DNA from: Rhizaria sp. SCN 62-66
Lineage: Eukaryota
Assembly (NCBI GenBank): GCA_001724265.1
Contig: MEDY01000179.1
Span: 1-58,705, forward strand
DNA: 58,705 bases
Direction of reading: 5' to 3'
Shown: positions 1 through 10,613 of the stretch, piece after piece
Layout of the letters: each line of letters begins with the position of its first letter
How positions within the stretch are numbered: the first letter of the stretch is position 1
Made by a program: the position numbers and the translations under genes
The notes under the pieces: model-generated
Told to the model about the DNA's origin: nothing
Databases searched by the model: none
The model's input: the letters and a program-made list of their open reading frames with translations, nothing else

Positions 1-195
1 AACGCGATCATCCTCCCCGAGATGCTCGGCGCCCAGATCGGTGTCTACAACGGCCTCGGCTACCACCTGGTCGAGATCAAGCCCCAGATGATGGGCCACT
101 ACCTCGGCGAGTTCTCCCTTACCTACACCCCCGTCCGCCACGGTGGTAAGGCTGCTTCCTCCACCGCTGTTCAGAAGTTCATCGACCTCAAGTAA
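1..195 (+). CDS. RPS15: 40S ribosomal protein S15 (uS19), 3' partial
   Basis: Frame 1 reads [18 protein letters not shown]...[25 protein letters not shown]...FIDLK, then TAA at 193-195; this is the eukaryotic uS19 C-terminal signature. Confidence 0.96.
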   Translation, partial: NAIILPEMLGAQIGVYNGLGYHLVEIKPQMMGHYLGEFSLTYTPVRHGGKAASSTAVQKFIDLK

Positions 196-483
196 GCAAG
201 TCAGCGCGCGATCACACAATCGCCAATGTACACTGCTAACTAGCTTCACCACCACCAATAGCAACACTAAAATCGGTTCAGGATGGTTCTTCGTCTACAT
301 ACAATAACAATTCTTAACAAACCACCCTAGTGTATCCTCGTCCTGTTTAATATATTCACAATGGCCTTTCTTTATTCAGATTAATTCTGTGAAATGCTCG
401 ATCATGTGTGTGGCCTTCTGCTTGCAGAGATCACTGAAATGTATCAAAACAGCGATCAACGCGGACGCCCTCGTCGCGCGCGC

Positions 484-1785
484 TCACTCAGCGTACGCCG
501 CGCGCCTGAGCCCGAGCCTGCGCACGGTCTTGACGGGCAGCGCGTAGATGGGGTCAACCTTCTCGAGCCCCGGGTAGCCGAGCAGCGAGAGCCCGGCGAT
601 GCCGAAGTAGGTGTGATACACGTCGGTCATGCAGTCGGGCCGATCACTGATGCCGCCGTCCGCGGGGTCCTGCGCGCCGAGGATGAACTGCGCAAGCGCG
701 GGCCGGTCGATCCAGGCCAGCCGGTTGAGCGCGCTGAGCGAGGAGAGCACCCACCACGAGTAGCACACGTCCTCCTTCTTCTCGGGCCGGCCGTTGAAGC
801 TGGAGATTTCGGACGCAAAAACAAAAACAAATAGAGTTAGTGAGAATAAGACTAAAACAATTATATATCGCAAAATACTCCCATTTTAAAATCATTAAAG
901 TAGTGTACATCGACGTTTAAGAAAGCAAATTGGTGATGAAGAAGATGCGGATACGGAAACGTACCCGCCGCAGGGCAGCTGGCGCTCGCAGAGCCACCAG
1001 CCGAGCGCGTCGCGGTCCGCGTTGGCGTCGACGGCGTCAGCAATGGCGAGCGCGCCCACGCAGCAGAAAATCTGCCCCGAGTGCGACTCTGCGCCCGGCA
1101 CGGCGCCGAAGCCGCCGTCGAAGTTGCGGCAGTTTGCTATAAATCGCACGGCCTGCGCCACGTCGACCGTCGCGGCGGCCTCGGCGGCCGTCTTAGGCGT
1201 TGTCGCCGGCGCAGCCTCAGGAGCGTTGTCGCCGGCGCTGCTGCCGGCCTGCTGCGCGGTGCGGGCTGCCGCGGTGGTCTCGGCGCTGGGGAGCGCGTTC
1301 AGCAAAGCGAGTGCGTTGAGGGCGCAATAGGAGAAACGCGTGTCGATCTCGCCCCACTGGTCGCCGACGAACGAGCCGTCGGGCCGCTGCAGCGAAGCGA
1401 TGTACGCGGCGACGCGGGGCGCGTCGGCGCGTTCCAGCGCGTCGAACATGGCAAGGATTTGCAATGCGCTGAGCGTATGCAGGAGGTGCGGGTCGTGGCC
1501 AGCGTTGCCACCGTAGGCGCCAGTGGCGCTGTCGCGGCACTGGTCGACGAAGGCGAGAATACCCGCGCGGTCCATGCGGTGCAACGCGCCGACAAGGTCC
1601 ATGGCCATCATGGCCCAGTAGATGGCGCTGAGGCGGAGGTGCTCGGTGGCCTGGAACTCGATCGTCTCAGTGTGCTTATTGAGGTTCAGGACGTACTGCA
1701 CATGCGCTGCGCGCGCGAATGTGCGCTCGAAGTCCGCATCGATCGGGGTCGAAAACTCCGACAGGATATACTCCGACTCAGACAT
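484..1785 (-). CDS. RABGGTB: Rab geranylgeranyltransferase (GGTase-II) beta subunit, 378 aa, 2 exons (1785-965, 799-484)
   Basis: Motifs TEHLRLSAIYW, GDQWGEIDTRFSYC, NFDGGFG..PGAESHSGQIFCC, WWLCERQ, FNGRPEKKEDVCYSWW, DVYHTYFGIAGLSL. Intron 964-800 (GTACGT...TCCAG) restores frame; TGA stop. Confidence 0.95.
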
Positions 1786-2200
1786 GATGCTGCGGTGTCG
1801 TAGCAGAGCTCGAAAGGTAAGGCGGTAACTGACTCAGGGTGGGAGAGAGAGATTAAAGATCAGATAAGATTAGCACGTCATCAGCGACAAGTTTGAAGTG
1901 GCACAACGAAAGGTATCCGCGTCATTTGGCGGCTATAGGTCAATGCACAAATAGAACACAAACGGCCATTTCTGAATATTGCTATAAAACAAACAATGAC
2001 GGATGATATGAGTGGGGATAGGAAGTGATCGGGAGGTCACCACAAATCGAGTCTGGCGAAGTGAGCGAAGAATCGAAGTGACCGTGAGCGGCCTTGTTCC
2101 TAAAAAATAGTGTGGGCCACCTCGACCGAAAAGGTTGTGCGCAGTTCAGCAGACAGGCTTGAGGGCGATCTTTCGAGCACCCACATCTGAACGCATAACC

Positions 2201-3193
2201 ATGTCTCAGGCTGTCCAGGTTTACGGCAAGAAGGTACGTGTCCAATCTCTCTAAATTTTTATCTCACAGCGAAAGAAGTGCTCGCTGGGCTGTGTATGGG
2301 TGGGCAATGATATCCGCAAGCCCCTCGTTATCAGCTAGGTCTCGCGAAGAACATTCCTCCCCTGTATCATGCCCTAGCGGGGCCATGAAACGCACTGATG
2401 TAACCATCATAGGTGTGCTTGTCTTAATAGCTTGCTCTCTTTATTCTTCCATGCAAATCTCGAGTCGCATTCGTTCTCACCGCTCCCAATCTTAACCTCT
2501 CTCTTGTCCCTACCCATTCCTCTCACTTGCTCTGCGCTCTCCGCTTTCCCCCGCGAGTAGAAGTCTGCCATCGCCGTTGCGCACTGCAAGGCTGGCTCTG
2601 GCCTCGTTAAGATCAACGGCAAGCCCGTTGACACTATCGCCAACGAGACCCTGAAGCTCAAGGTCCTCGAGCCTATCATGCTCCTCGGCCTCCAGCGCTA
2701 CGGCAAGGTCGACATCCGCGTCAAGGTCAACGGCGGTGGTAACGTCGCTCAGGTCTACGCTGTCCGCCAGGCCATCGGCAAGGCCGAGTCTCGGCTCTTC
2801 CTAGATCTGCCCTTCAACACACCGGAGCGGTGCGCTTTTTAATCACCGAACGCTTTAGCGATGTATATTGCGATGATGCGCCCTTCAATCATGGCACGCG
2901 ATGTTATGATCATATCATTATTCGGACAAACAAAGCGTAAATGCTTTTTCATTCTCTTACAACATCCTCGCGTCACATGATTCCTCTCCACGCATCATCA
3001 CTCACCACCTGTCTTCATCTGTCTGTCTTCTTATCGCTCAATTACAGACGTCGACGAGGCGTCCAAGGTCGAGATCAAGAACCTCCTCCTGAGCTACGAC
3101 CGCTCCCTCCTCGTCGCCGACCCCCGTCGCCGCGAGCCCAAGAAGTTCGGTGGTCCCGGCGCCCGCGCCCGCTACCAGAAGTCCTACCGGTAA
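2201..3193 (+). CDS. RPS16: 40S ribosomal protein S16 (uS9); exons 2201-2233, 2561-~2785, 3048-3193; end of exon 2 and the second donor are missing in this sequence
   Basis: [21 protein letters not shown]...[18 protein letters not shown]...VDEASK...[34 protein letters not shown]. Intron 1 2234-2560 (GTACGT...TAG); last acceptor TTACAG ends at 3047. Confidence 0.93.
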
Positions 3194-3903
3194 AGTCAAT
3201 GCGTCTTGTTTGGCTTTTTTTACGGCTATGTTTGGAGGTGTGGTAAATCTAATACAAAAATATTTTCAACAACAATCGCCCCACTGCAATAATTTTCTCA
3301 TTTTCACACTTCTGACTCGGCCAGACGAATTTGTAAAGTTTCTCGGCAGCGGAGCCCACAGTCGACTCACCGTGCTCACGTTCGTGGCTGGTTTGGTGGG
3401 GGTAGCGATATCATCGTCACTGTCAGCAGAGCTTTGAGTGCGCTGTTCTTTGTCTCCCCGCGCGGCTTGTCCACCGGATGACGATCGTTGCGTTTGAGCG
3501 TGCAATTTATATGCTGTCATTTCTTGAAAGTTGCAAACCTGTCTGGCAAGGGTTGTGGCCAGAGACGATAGGCGACGCCAGGGCGCAGTTACCTCTCATA
3601 GTTCAGCGGGACGCAATCCTTGCCAATCTCCTTCGCTACAAACGTCATCTACAGCTCTAACTCAACCCAATCATATAATGTGCTGTTATCTTGATAATAT
3701 CTCTCATCCGTCCTCATATTGTTTGTTTTGTGCCTGGTTTGCGCCTTCTCCAGGCTACACTCAGCGTCGTTCGCATGGGTGGACACCTCCCGCTGCTGGC
3801 GAGGGCCGCCGCGCCCTTGGGTTCCAGCCCTCTGGTGTCTCTTCCCGGCACCACTTCCCTCAGCGCATATTTTACTCGCTCCCCGCTTTCCCGCTCAGGC
3901 CTG

Positions 3904-6900
3904 ATGCGCTTTCCCGCACTCGTGATGCTCCTGCTCTGTATCCTCGCCATCTCATCCACTCTCGTGACTGCCGCTGTTGCCCCGGCCGTCGCTGCAACCG
4001 CGACTGCTGTGCCCGCCGGTGTCACTGGCCGCGTCGGCATCCGCCCCACTGCGGTTTCCTCCGCTGCTGTCGCCGCCGCGCCCGCCGCCGCCGCTGCTGC
4101 TGCCCCCGCTGCTGCTGCTGCTTCTGCTGTGCCACCCCCCGCTGGCTCGATCAAGACCATCGGAGGGAACAAGAACAGCAACGCTGCCGCGGACAGCAAT
4201 GGTAAGATCATTGGCGTCCATGCCAACGCTGCTGCTTCCGCTGGCGCCGCTGCCGCCGCCCCTGTGGCCCCTGCCCCGGCCGCTGCCACTCCCACTACTG
4301 CCGCTGCCGCCCCTGTCAAGGCCGACAAGAAGGCCGATAAGAAGGCTGACAAGAAGGCCGCTGCTGCCGCGGCCGCTGCTGCTGCCGCTGCCCCCGCTGC
4401 CGACCCCAAGGCTGTTGCTGACAGCAAGGCCACTGACAGTAAGGCTGCGACGGACAAGCCCGCCGAGAAGAAGAAGAAGGACAAGAAGGCCAAGAAGGCC
4501 AAGAAGGACGTCGATGCGGCCGACCGCGAAGCCGCCGCCGGCAAGGCCGGGTCGCGCGCGAGCGTGATCAACGAGAGCGATGAGCCGCTGCACCTGTTTG
4601 TGTCGACGCCGCGCACCGTGCTGGTCCAGGACGATGTGCCCGTCGTACCGCGCGACGCCGTCGCCGGCGGCGCCGCGGCTGGCAAGGAGCCCTCGATGTA
4701 CACGGCGACCGAGGACGAGGGCTTCACGCCATTCTACGTCTCCTCGGTGTGGCCTGCCAGCGACGGCAAGGGCGAGCCCGTGGACGACAGCAAGCGGCCC
4801 GCCGTGTACCTGCACCAGCCCTTCCTCTTCTTCCCGCCCCAGGCGCTCCGCGTCTCGCTCCCCGGTACGTCGATATCCGTCGTGTGGACAAGAGATTTGA
4901 ACACGAATTTATTGTAATCGTGTTATGCATGCATTATTTTTTACTTTGGTGAAATATTTCTAGATTCTGACTCATCTGTATCAATTTACTGTTTTGAAAC
5001 TCTAGGCTGGGGCTCCCAGTTCACCAAGCCCGTGCCCGCGACCGTGCTCGCCAAGGCGGCCCCGTCGACTGTGTCAGCCTCGAGCGTCATCTCCGTCGGC
5101 CCCGGTGGCGGTAGCGATAGCTCCGGGCTCACGCCCATGGAGCAGGCTGCCATGGACCCGCTGGCCTTCACGATCGAGTTCCAGTGCCTGCAGAAGGGCG
5201 AGCACCAGGTACGGCTCAACCTGCGCTTCGTCATCGACGACGCATCGGCTGCGCTGGCCGACAAGGACATCACGCCCTCGCTGCCTGGCACTGACGGCGC
5301 GCTCGACGACTCGGTTGCCAACTCCGTCAAGGACCTCTTCGCGCGCAAGAACAAGCGCTTCCACCACGTGCCCATCCAGCTCACCAAGCGCTGCGGCGTC
5401 GTCGACCTGTCGGAGCAGCGCTCCGCCGTGCCAGGTTTTGCCGTGTCGACGCACTTCCGCTCCATGGCGGGCGACGCCGGCGTGGCGGGCTCCCAGGGCC
5501 AGCCGCGCGACGGCGACGACGGCAGCGCCGACGAGGAGACGGCCGTCATCCGCGACGGCGAGCCCACCCCCGAGTTCCTGCTCACGACGGCCACCGACGA
5601 CGTCGTGGGGCCCGCGGCGATGTTCGTGCTCGCCGAGCTCGTCCTCCCGCTCACCGCGACGTACCGCCCGCCCTCGTCCTCCGCGGCAGCGTCGCTCGAG
5701 CTGCTCCCGGTCTCGGTGCTGGCTCACGACGGCGCTGGTGTCGATGTGCATGTCACGGGCCGCGGCGCCAAGAAGACGGCGCTCACAGCGAGCTCCACGG
5801 TCAAGTTCGGCGTGCGCGCGCGCTGCCTCAAGGTCGGCGCGTGGCTCGTCACCGTCACGCTCAGCTTCGAGGACCTGGGCGCCGTCTCCCCCAAGTTCAC
5901 CTTCGTGCGCGAGTGCTCTGAGGGAGAGGTCGCCGGCTCCGCCATCGCCCCGGCCGCGGGCGCTGGGGCGCAAACTGACTCTGCCTCTGGCACTGGCGCG
6001 GGCGTTGGCGCTGGCGCCGTCGTGCCCGCTGCGGGCGCGACCGCCGCCGTGGTCGTCGAAGGCCTGTCGATCTCGACCAAGCCGCTTCTCTCGCTGGCGG
6101 ACATCGGCGACATCGCGCACAACGGTTTCGTGGCAGAGAAGTTCGCCACGGTCGACGCGCTGGCCGCTGAGTCGGGGCGCGCGCGCCTCACTGTGCCCGC
6201 CGACAAGGCCGAAGTGACGGTGTACATCGACAACACGCTGCCCGGCGACGCGCCCCGCGCCGGCGCGCTGCTCATCGACGCCGTGGCCGTGATGTCGTAC
6301 CCGCGCGGCATCGTTGCGCCCAGCGTCAAGGACGTCTACGAGTGGACGCAGTTCGACCTGCTGCCCGATATGCCGCCGCGCCCGCTCACCCTGCGCCTCG
6401 CGTGCCTCGCTCCCGGCACCGCGCAGATCCTCGTGCACCTGTCCACGGACGACGAGATCCGCTTCGTGCTGCGCAAGACGTGCACGGCGGCCTCGGTCGA
6501 CGCCGCCGCGCTGCTGCGCAACAACGGCGCTGGCAGTGACCGCGTGGTGCCGCTCGACAAGTCCGCACCGCCCGCGGCGAGCGCCGCCGGGACAAGCACG
6601 GCCGCGGCGGGCACCGCGCGCGAGGACCTGCTGCCCGGGCTCGTCGTCGCGCTCACCATGTCCCCGCAGGACATTGACTCGATCGCGGTGCACCACGGCG
6701 TGTCGCACAGCGACTTCAACCCGCACCTGGCGCTCCCGGAGCGCGCGCTGCGCATCCCGGCCTCGCAGCACTTCCTGACCTTCTTCGTGCTCGTGATCAA
6801 GCCGCAGAACGAGGCTGAGGCCGCGCTGTACAAGCCCGTCCGCTTCGGTCGGCCGCTGCTGACGACCACGTTCGATGTGGCGGACCCTACGCTGTCGGGC

Positions 6901-9900
6901 TACGGCTCCGAGGGCGCGACGCTGACCTCGGGGGACCAGACGTACTCGCTCATCTCGCTCACATTCCACTGTACGCAGCCCGGCTCCACGTCGGTGATGG
7001 TCTCGCTGCCGCTGCTGCCGCTCGAGGGCGAAGACGGCTCGGGCAAGCCGGCGCACCGCGCGCACGAGCACGTGTCCTTCTTCCTGGAGAAGAACTGCTT
7101 CACCTCGGGCGACGGCTCGGGCGCCAGCCTTCCCACCAGTGGCGTCGACGACCGGTACGAAACGTCCGGCATGGGCGGCGTCGGTCTGCCGGGCCTCAGC
7201 GTGGGCCTGACGCCGACGACGCACGAGATCGTCCATGACGGCTTCCCCACCAACATGTACTACGCGCAGCGCTCGCGCGAGCAGCCGCAGTGGGAGCGCG
7301 CGATCGTGCCTACGACGGCGCAGTCCATGACGGTGTACCTGCGCTACGCGCTGGCGCAGTACTCGGGCGTCGACCCTGACGAGCTGCTCATCCCGGGCGC
7401 CGTATCATTCTCCGCGCCCTCGGTCGTCGCGCACTCGTCCGCCGCGCGCCCCACGCTCTCCGGCGAGGCCTCTGCGGGCGGCGCGCTCACCTTCAAGGGC
7501 GCGCCGCTAGAGCTTGACATCACGTTCAACTGCCGCTACGCCGAGCTGGTCCCCGTCACCGTCACCATCCCGATCGAGCCCCGCGGCGCGATCGTCTTCA
7601 CCGTGCCCAAGAACTGCACCGGCCGCGACGCGCCGCGCGGCAAGACGGTGCCCGGCGTGCAGGTCGCCGCGCTCACGCTGACGTGCCATGACGTGACCGA
7701 GTTCGCTGACGAGGCCGACGATGGCGGCGACGGCGAGGCCAGCGAGGGCAACGGCGACGCCACGACCGGCGCCGTGACGGTAACTAGCCGCGTGCTCAAG
7801 TCGGGCCGCCGGCAGCGCTGCAAGTACTCGCCCGTGATGGCGGCCAAGGACGGCGTTGTCAGTGACGACTTCTCCGCGCTGTCGACCAAGCGCAAGGAGC
7901 GCTTCAGCGTTGACGCCAAGACGAGCCGCACGCCCTTTTTCATCCGCCGCGCGCCGCGCAACGGCGGCGACAAGGCCTCCGTGACGCCTGTGTTTGGCAC
8001 GGAGCCCATGGTGTTCGCGCACCGGCCCATCTGCCGCCCCGCGCTCGTGCACAACATGAACTTCGACGTCGACGCCTACCTCAAGAAGGCCGATTCCGCG
8101 GCCTCGACCAACGCGGCGGCGGCTGACGCGCTGAGCGCCGTGGTGCGCACGCTCGACACGGTGCCCATCACCATTGACGGCATCCTGCGCTCGCTCAACA
8201 TCACGTACCACTGCGTGTGGGTCGGCGTGACGCCCATCACGGTGACTATCCCCATCTACCCCGACACGCCCATCTCGCTCTACTTCTACAAGGAGTGCCC
8301 CGACGTCGACTCAAGCGTGCTGGGCTCGCGCATCGAGGTCGTCGACCACGGCGCACTCTCCGGCAGCGACAGCCACTCGGGCGAGGGCGCGCTGCACGGC
8401 GGCGAGGCGCTGCTCGGCTCCAAGGGCGCCGGCGTGATCGACACCGGCGACTGGGGCGGCCACGACGAGACCAACCCGGCCGCGCGCGACACAGCGTCCT
8501 CGCACACGCACACCGGCGCCGCGACGGGCGTCACCGGCGGCATCAGTGATACCGACGCCGCCGTGGCCGCCGCGGCCGCCGCCGCGGGCGTGTCGGTATC
8601 CGCGATGGACCGTAACCTCGTCGGCTACCTCGATGTCGGCACGGACAAGAAGACCTTCGATGGCCGCGCCAACGTCGTCTACCGCGGCGTGCCGCGCGCC
8701 GTGTACAGCGCCTTCCGCTCGGGCGGCGCCGACGGCGACGAGGACATCGAGGACGCCGAGGTGGCGTACCCGGGCGCGTACGAAGAGCGCGTGACGCTCG
8801 CGGCCAAGCTCAAGAAGCCCGTCCCGCCCCCCGCGCCGACCCCGCAACAGCCCGGCTCCGTGGCGGGCGGCGAGGAGCAGGCTGGGTTGGTGTCGAGCGT
8901 GACTTCGTCGGTGAGCAACTCGCTCAGCGCGTGGGCCGCGTGGCTGCAGACGACGCCGCCGCCGCGCCCCGGCGTGTCCGCGGGCACGGCGCTCGAGGCC
9001 GAGGAGGAGGCGCTGCTGGCCGACATCGACCCCGAGGAGGAGTACGCAATCATTCCGCCCTCGCAGAAGTCAAGCCGCTTCTACTTCTCGCTGCCGCCGC
9101 TGTCGCCCGGCAAGGCGCCCTTCCAGCCGTTCCTGGCGCCCTTCACCAAGACGCTGCACAACGCTTACGGCCAGCAGATCGTCGACGTCAAGCTCGCCGG
9201 CCCCGCGGCTAAGGGCGGCAACCTGACCGCCACTCTCAGAGGCAAGCGCCCCCCGAAGGTGCCCGGCTCCACGCTGAAGCAGCTCGCTGCGGGCGAGAGC
9301 TACATCGACGTTAAGTACCGCTGCATGCGCCCCGGCTACACGTCTGTGCTGGTGGCCGTGCCGCTGCTGCCGCATTCGCTGGGCTCGGTGTCGTTCCGCG
9401 TCATCAAGCTCTGCTCCGGCGTGCGCCCCAAGCGCGTGCTGTCGCGCCTCTTCTCCTTCCGCACGCTCGTGCTCATCGCCGCCGTGGCTATCCCGCTGCT
9501 GTTGCTGCTGGGCTACGCCGCGCTGCACTTCGACGCCGGTCGCACCGTGGTCGAGGCGCTGGGCCTCGCGCGCCTCTCGGTTGCGCTCGGCTTCGACGAC
9601 GGCTCGCTCGCCAACGGGCTCGACCTCCCTGTAACGGGGCTCTATGCTGGCATCGGCAGCAGCGAGAACGTGTACATGGGCTTCGGCGACAAAAACAGCG
9701 TCTACGCCAACGCCAACGCCGGCGGCTTCGACGACGACGAGTCTGGCGTCGAGATGGGCATCTCGGACATCGCGCGCACCCGCGCCGCCACCAGCGGCAA
9801 GCTCGGCTCCGGCGCCTCCTCCACGGCGACACCCAGCAAGAGCGCGCTCGCGCCCTCGGCGTCCGTGGCGGCGTCGGCGGCCTCCTACTCGGCGGCCAAC

Positions 9901-10056
9901 GCGGCGGCCAAAAACAAGCGCGTCACGTTCGCCGACGACCGCAGCGCCACTGCCGGCGCCGCGGGAGCCGCGGACCTGGCGAGCGCGGCCGCCGCGCTTG
10001 GCACCGCGCCGGCTGGCGACATTGACGCTGAGCTGGAGGAGCTGCTCAGTGAGTGA
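3904..10056 (+). CDS. Uncharacterised ~2003-aa type I membrane protein: signal peptide, Ala/Lys-rich linker, 7 Cys-bracketed beta-rich repeats, one TM helix, cytosolic tail; exons 3904-4864, 5006-10056
   Basis: N-terminus MRFPALVMLLLCILAISSTLVTA is signal-like; phase-1 intron 4865-5005 (GTACGT...CTAG) joins the two long ORFs; hydrophobic TLVLIAAVAIPLLLLLGYAALHF near 9460-9530; TGA stop. Confidence 0.8.
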
Positions 10057-10613
10057 AGGTCATAAGGTAGAAATAACGATAAGGCAGGGGAGTAGTGAAA
10101 TGAATTGAACGGAAGTGGGTTAACTCGGGTCTCAAAAGTTACATCCTTCATGACTCCTTCGTGATTTGTGAGGAATAAGAAAAACCAGCCTTGCGAAGAC
10201 AGGGCCGCGCTAGATCAATCACCAATCGTCGACAACTTGCAACTGTGCGCACGTTTGGTGTTTGTTGCTGGTGGCGCGTTGAATCTAATTGTGAATCTGA
10301 GAGCCGTATCTACCTCTGCGTCTCAGGCACTCCTGAAACGTTGATGAAGTATGGTTTTATTTTTCAACAAAACGAATCAACCAATTAACTCTGTGACTAA
10401 ATACTAAGAATAATACAATCATCAAACCATTATGTTGACAGAAATCCTGTTCCATCTAAGTTCAGCCGGGCTTGATTAAGATACCCTGTAAATGTAAATG
10501 CTATGTATAAAGTATGGAGTGGAATAAATAGTACGTGAGTTAAGTAATAAGCTTACACATAAATAACTTGATCAAAACACATTCCGAAATCCCGAAACGT
10601 CAATGTGTGGCAG

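Noticed and set aside
1-3193. RPS15 and RPS16 close together, and head-to-head gene pairs, as an operon-like system
   Set aside because: Expected in a compact genome; no shared regulatory element was visible.
5074-7236. Long antisense or alternate-frame ORFs (e.g. 5074-7236, 43508-45442, 51156-53399)
   Set aside because: Shadows of GC-rich codon usage on the true coding strand; no motifs and no independent gene boundaries.
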